A stretch of DNA of 64,000 nt from Nostoc sp. (GTDB lineage Bacteria > Cyanobacteriota > Cyanobacteriia > Cyanobacteriales > Nostocaceae). Positions within the stretch are counted from its first letter, which is position 1, and each line of letters starts with the position of its first letter. The stretch lies in the NCBI RefSeq assembly GCF_036917235.1, contig NZ_JBALDU010000068.1, positions 3,953 through 67,952 on the forward strand. The letters run 5' to 3'. A program made the position numbers and the translations under genes. This document shows, piece after piece, positions 61,300 to 64,000 of the stretch. Below the pieces are notes generated by a model. That model saw only the letters and a list, made by a program, of their open reading frames with translations. It had not been told where the DNA came from and did no database searches.

Positions 61300-61617
61300 A
61301 GGAATTCCTCGTCAATTGGGGAAGTTTTTCCCCAGGTAGAGGAATAAGTAATGAGGCAGTAATCAAATGCCCCGTGCAGAGATAATTAAATAAATTTTAA
61401 TTCACCTTATTTGCACTTTTTTGTGGTACTTACTAAATGAACTTCTCTGCATATCACTCTTTACGACAACTTTTAGTTTTTATGCACTGAGAATATAAAA
61501 TTTGGAAAAAAATCTGTAAAATCCTTACGCAGCAAGGAATTAGCTTTTCAATTCATGAATTGCCCCTACATTTCGTACTTGATGCGTAAGGTCTATTACG
61601 CAAGAGGTTTAATTTTT

Positions 61618-62568
61618 TCACCTCGGAACTGGTACTTGATTAATTACCGACGCAATTACTGCATCCATTTGTAAACCATCCAGCATTGCTTCTGGTTTCA
61701 ATATAAGACGATGACGTAGCAACGGTGATGCAACTGCTTTTACATCATCTGGTGTGACAAAATCTCTTTCCGCTAACCACGCTAATGCTTGAGATGTCTG
61801 CAACCAAGCACCGGTAGCGCGGGGTGATGCACCCAAAGTCAAATCAGGATATTGACGCGATGTTCTCACCAACGCCAACAAATAATCAACGATCGCTTCT
61901 GATACTTTAACTTCTTTGACTGCTTGTCGTGCTTGCAAAATGTCGGCTACTGTTGCGATTGGTTTCAAACGGCTAATATCCGAACGTCGTGCGGCAAAAC
62001 CCGCCTGACGATTGAGTAACATTTGCTTTTCGGCAGCTTGATCGGGGTAATCTACTACCAACTTAAATAAAAATCTGTCTAACTGTGCCTCTGGTAAAGG
62101 ATAAGTCCCCTCAAATTCCAGGGGATTTTGTGTCGCAATTACCCAAAATAAATCTGGTAAAGGCAAACTTTCACCATCCAGTGTTACCTGCATCTCTTCC
62201 ATCGCTTCTAGCAGCGCTGCTTGTGTCTTGGGCGGAGTACGGTTGATTTCGTCCGCTAGCAATACTTCAGTAAATATTGGCCCTTTTTTCAAAGTGAAAT
62301 TGCGGCTATTCAAGTCAAAAATATTTGTACCAGTAATATCTGAAGGTAAAACATCTGGTGTTAATTGAATCCGGCGAAACTCCCCTTGAATTAACTGCGC
62401 TAACACTTTTACTAGTAGGGTTTTCCCAGTTCCCGGTACTCCTTCTAAAATTACGTGTCCACCCGCTAGCAGTGCTACTAAGAGTTGCTGTATTAAGCTA
62501 GATTGTCCGACAATTACTTGATTAAGACCTTGACCAAGACGAATTAAGATAGGATGTGTTTCACTCAT
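61618..62568 (-). CDS. MoxR family AAA+ ATPase
   Basis: GVPGTGKT, DEINRTPPKTQAALLEAMEE, ATQNP, QLDRF. Confidence 0.95.
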   Translation of the reverse strand: MSETHPILIRLGQGLNQVIVGQSSLIQQLLVALLAGGHVILEGVPGTGKTLLVKVLAQLIQGEFRRIQLTPDVLPSDITGTNIFDLNSRNFTLKKGPIFTEVLLADEINRTPPKTQAALLEAMEEMQVTLDGESLPLPDLFWVIATQNPLEFEGTYPLPEAQLDRFLFKLVVDYPDQAAEKQMLLNRQAGFAARRSDISRLKPIATVADILQARQAVKEVKVSEAIVDYLLALVRTSRQYPDLTLGASPRATGAWLQTSQALAWLAERDFVTPDDVKAVASPLLRHRLILKPEAMLDGLQMDAVIASVINQVPVPR

Positions 62569-62635
62569 ATTTTTTATTGATAAATAACCAACGCAGAAAT
62601 ACTATGCATAATTAAAAAAAATTAATTTTTAATTT

Positions 62636-63727
62636 TTAATTTTTAATTTCTCTAATGCTTCGCCATTTCCCCAACCAGCTTAACAGGTCTCGTTCACTGA
62701 TGGGTTGTTTGCGAGATTGTAGCTTTAAAACTGCATCTAATTCTGCTGCACTTGCGCCTGTTTTTTCCATCCAGAAATCGAGCAAGACTTGACGTTCTAA
62801 AAGTACTTGTCCTAATCCCAAGGCTTTTTGGAGTTGTAGTTGTTCTTGTTTACCCACCATTTCAACAACAAAGTCGGTGGTATCAGCTTTCTGCAACACC
62901 CCGGCTAAAGCTTGAATGTATGCCTCACTATTATCTACAACTGGTGTATCTAAAGCTACTGGCTTACCAAAGCGACGATTCTGCGCCCAAACTAGCACTA
63001 ATAGCAGGATACCTACCTGTATCAATATTGGAAGTAAAGGAGTTTTGGCAAAAAAGCTAGATAAATCTCCTTCGTTTTCTTTCTTCCTGACATCGGCATC
63101 TTTATAGCCGTGAATGTATTCATCGACAAAGACTGTGTTACTTTTTTCAGTAACCAAACTAGCTAAATACTTGAAATTACTTAAATAATCTTGGTAGGCG
63201 TTGGCAGCTAAATAAGGAGTGGTAGAAAAAATCACCTTTCCTTTTTTGTAATTTTCTTTCCAGACAACAGCACCAAAGCGATCGCCTAAATTAACTTGCT
63301 GGGAGTTAGCTTTTTTATATCGTCTACGTGTATCAATTTTAATATCACCTTCAGGAGATTTTTGCATAGTGCCAAACTCCGCTTCTGTAACCCGCGCCTT
63401 TGCACCCAAAATTACCAAAGTATTCCCTTTTTCTACCCATTCCCGCTCTTGACTATCCAGTGACGCGTCCCTGAGATAGCCACCTACCTGTAGGAAGGTA
63501 ACTGGGCTGTTCTCTGGCTGAATATCACTAAAAGGCTTTTGCCAGCGCTGAATAGAAATTCCCTGTTGTTGCATAAAAGCATACCAAGCACCATAGCCAT
63601 CAGAGTTACGGTTGTAGGTAGAGCCAGTGTTAATTTTAGTATTATTGGGAGCCGCGAACAAACTAAGTAAAACGATCGCAGCGAGTGCGATCGCTCCCAT
63701 CCAAGCAAGGCGATTTGGACGTTTCAT
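62636..63727 (-). CDS. DUF4350 domain protein
   Basis: GSTY....GYGAW, VDEYIHG, NRRFG; typical MoxR partner. Confidence 0.85.
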   Translation of the reverse strand: MKRPNRLAWMGAIALAAIVLLSLFAAPNNTKINTGSTYNRNSDGYGAWYAFMQQQGISIQRWQKPFSDIQPENSPVTFLQVGGYLRDASLDSQEREWVEKGNTLVILGAKARVTEAEFGTMQKSPEGDIKIDTRRRYKKANSQQVNLGDRFGAVVWKENYKKGKVIFSTTPYLAANAYQDYLSNFKYLASLVTEKSNTVFVDEYIHGYKDADVRKKENEGDLSSFFAKTPLLPILIQVGILLLVLVWAQNRRFGKPVALDTPVVDNSEAYIQALAGVLQKADTTDFVVEMVGKQEQLQLQKALGLGQVLLERQVLLDFWMEKTGASAAELDAVLKLQSRKQPISERDLLSWLGKWRSIREIKN

Positions 63728-64000
63728 TTTCGACTTTCATAGCCTTTGAATATCACTGTTAATACTTACTTATTTTTCAGTTAAAGTCAAAATATACTTT
63801 CTTTAACTTCTTGCAGCGATCGCCTGTTTGATGAATGCTTCTAAATTTTGGGTAGCACTGGCTTGTCAAACAGAACCTTGCTTGAGGTTTTAGGGCTTCA
63901 CGAACTGAGTATCGCTAATCGATAGAACCTAAAGAATTGCTGTAATCCCGTATAGGCATGAGTTACAACTGCGATTTTTGGAAATAGTGAAAATCCGGCA

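Noticed and set aside
1-64000. tRNA, rRNA or riboswitch genes
   Set aside because: No T-loop/anticodon-arm pattern or rRNA-like stretch was seen; an Infernal/Rfam scan would be decisive

Overview
Heterocyst-forming cyanobacterial DNA of Nostoc type, judged from frequent HIP1 octamers (GCGATCGC), STRR heptamer repeats and gene content. Ordinary chromosomal genes (Mov34-MoeB, FtsH, Ser/Thr kinase, YcjF GTPase, carotenoid oxygenase, SsuA, MoaE, SLH-GHL10, proline iminopeptidase, MoxR) flank a visibly AT-rich accessory island from about 26.3 to 45.4 kb. The island is bounded by IS701/IS66 remnants on the left and a truncated XisF-like serine recombinase at the 3' end of moaE on the right. Its core is a compact single-strand cluster: orphan, FabH, AcpS, Cys-nucleophile alpha/beta hydrolase, ACP, FabD, DUF1330 and a FAD oxidoreductase, with an RTX protein, a methyltransferase and an ALDH upstream. 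The ACP, AcpS and FabH show apparently co-evolved charge reversal at their interaction surfaces, which suggests an insulated mini acyl-synthase orthogonal to housekeeping fatty acid synthesis. This is the best candidate for an undescribed system. The window also contains many 21-nt double-mini-hairpin insertion elements (SDR type), two of them in one MFS gene and one in tnpB, a complete IS200/IS605 element, MITEs and several pseudogenes. No rRNA, tRNA or CRISPR array was seen. Family calls come from motif recognition only; no database searches were run.
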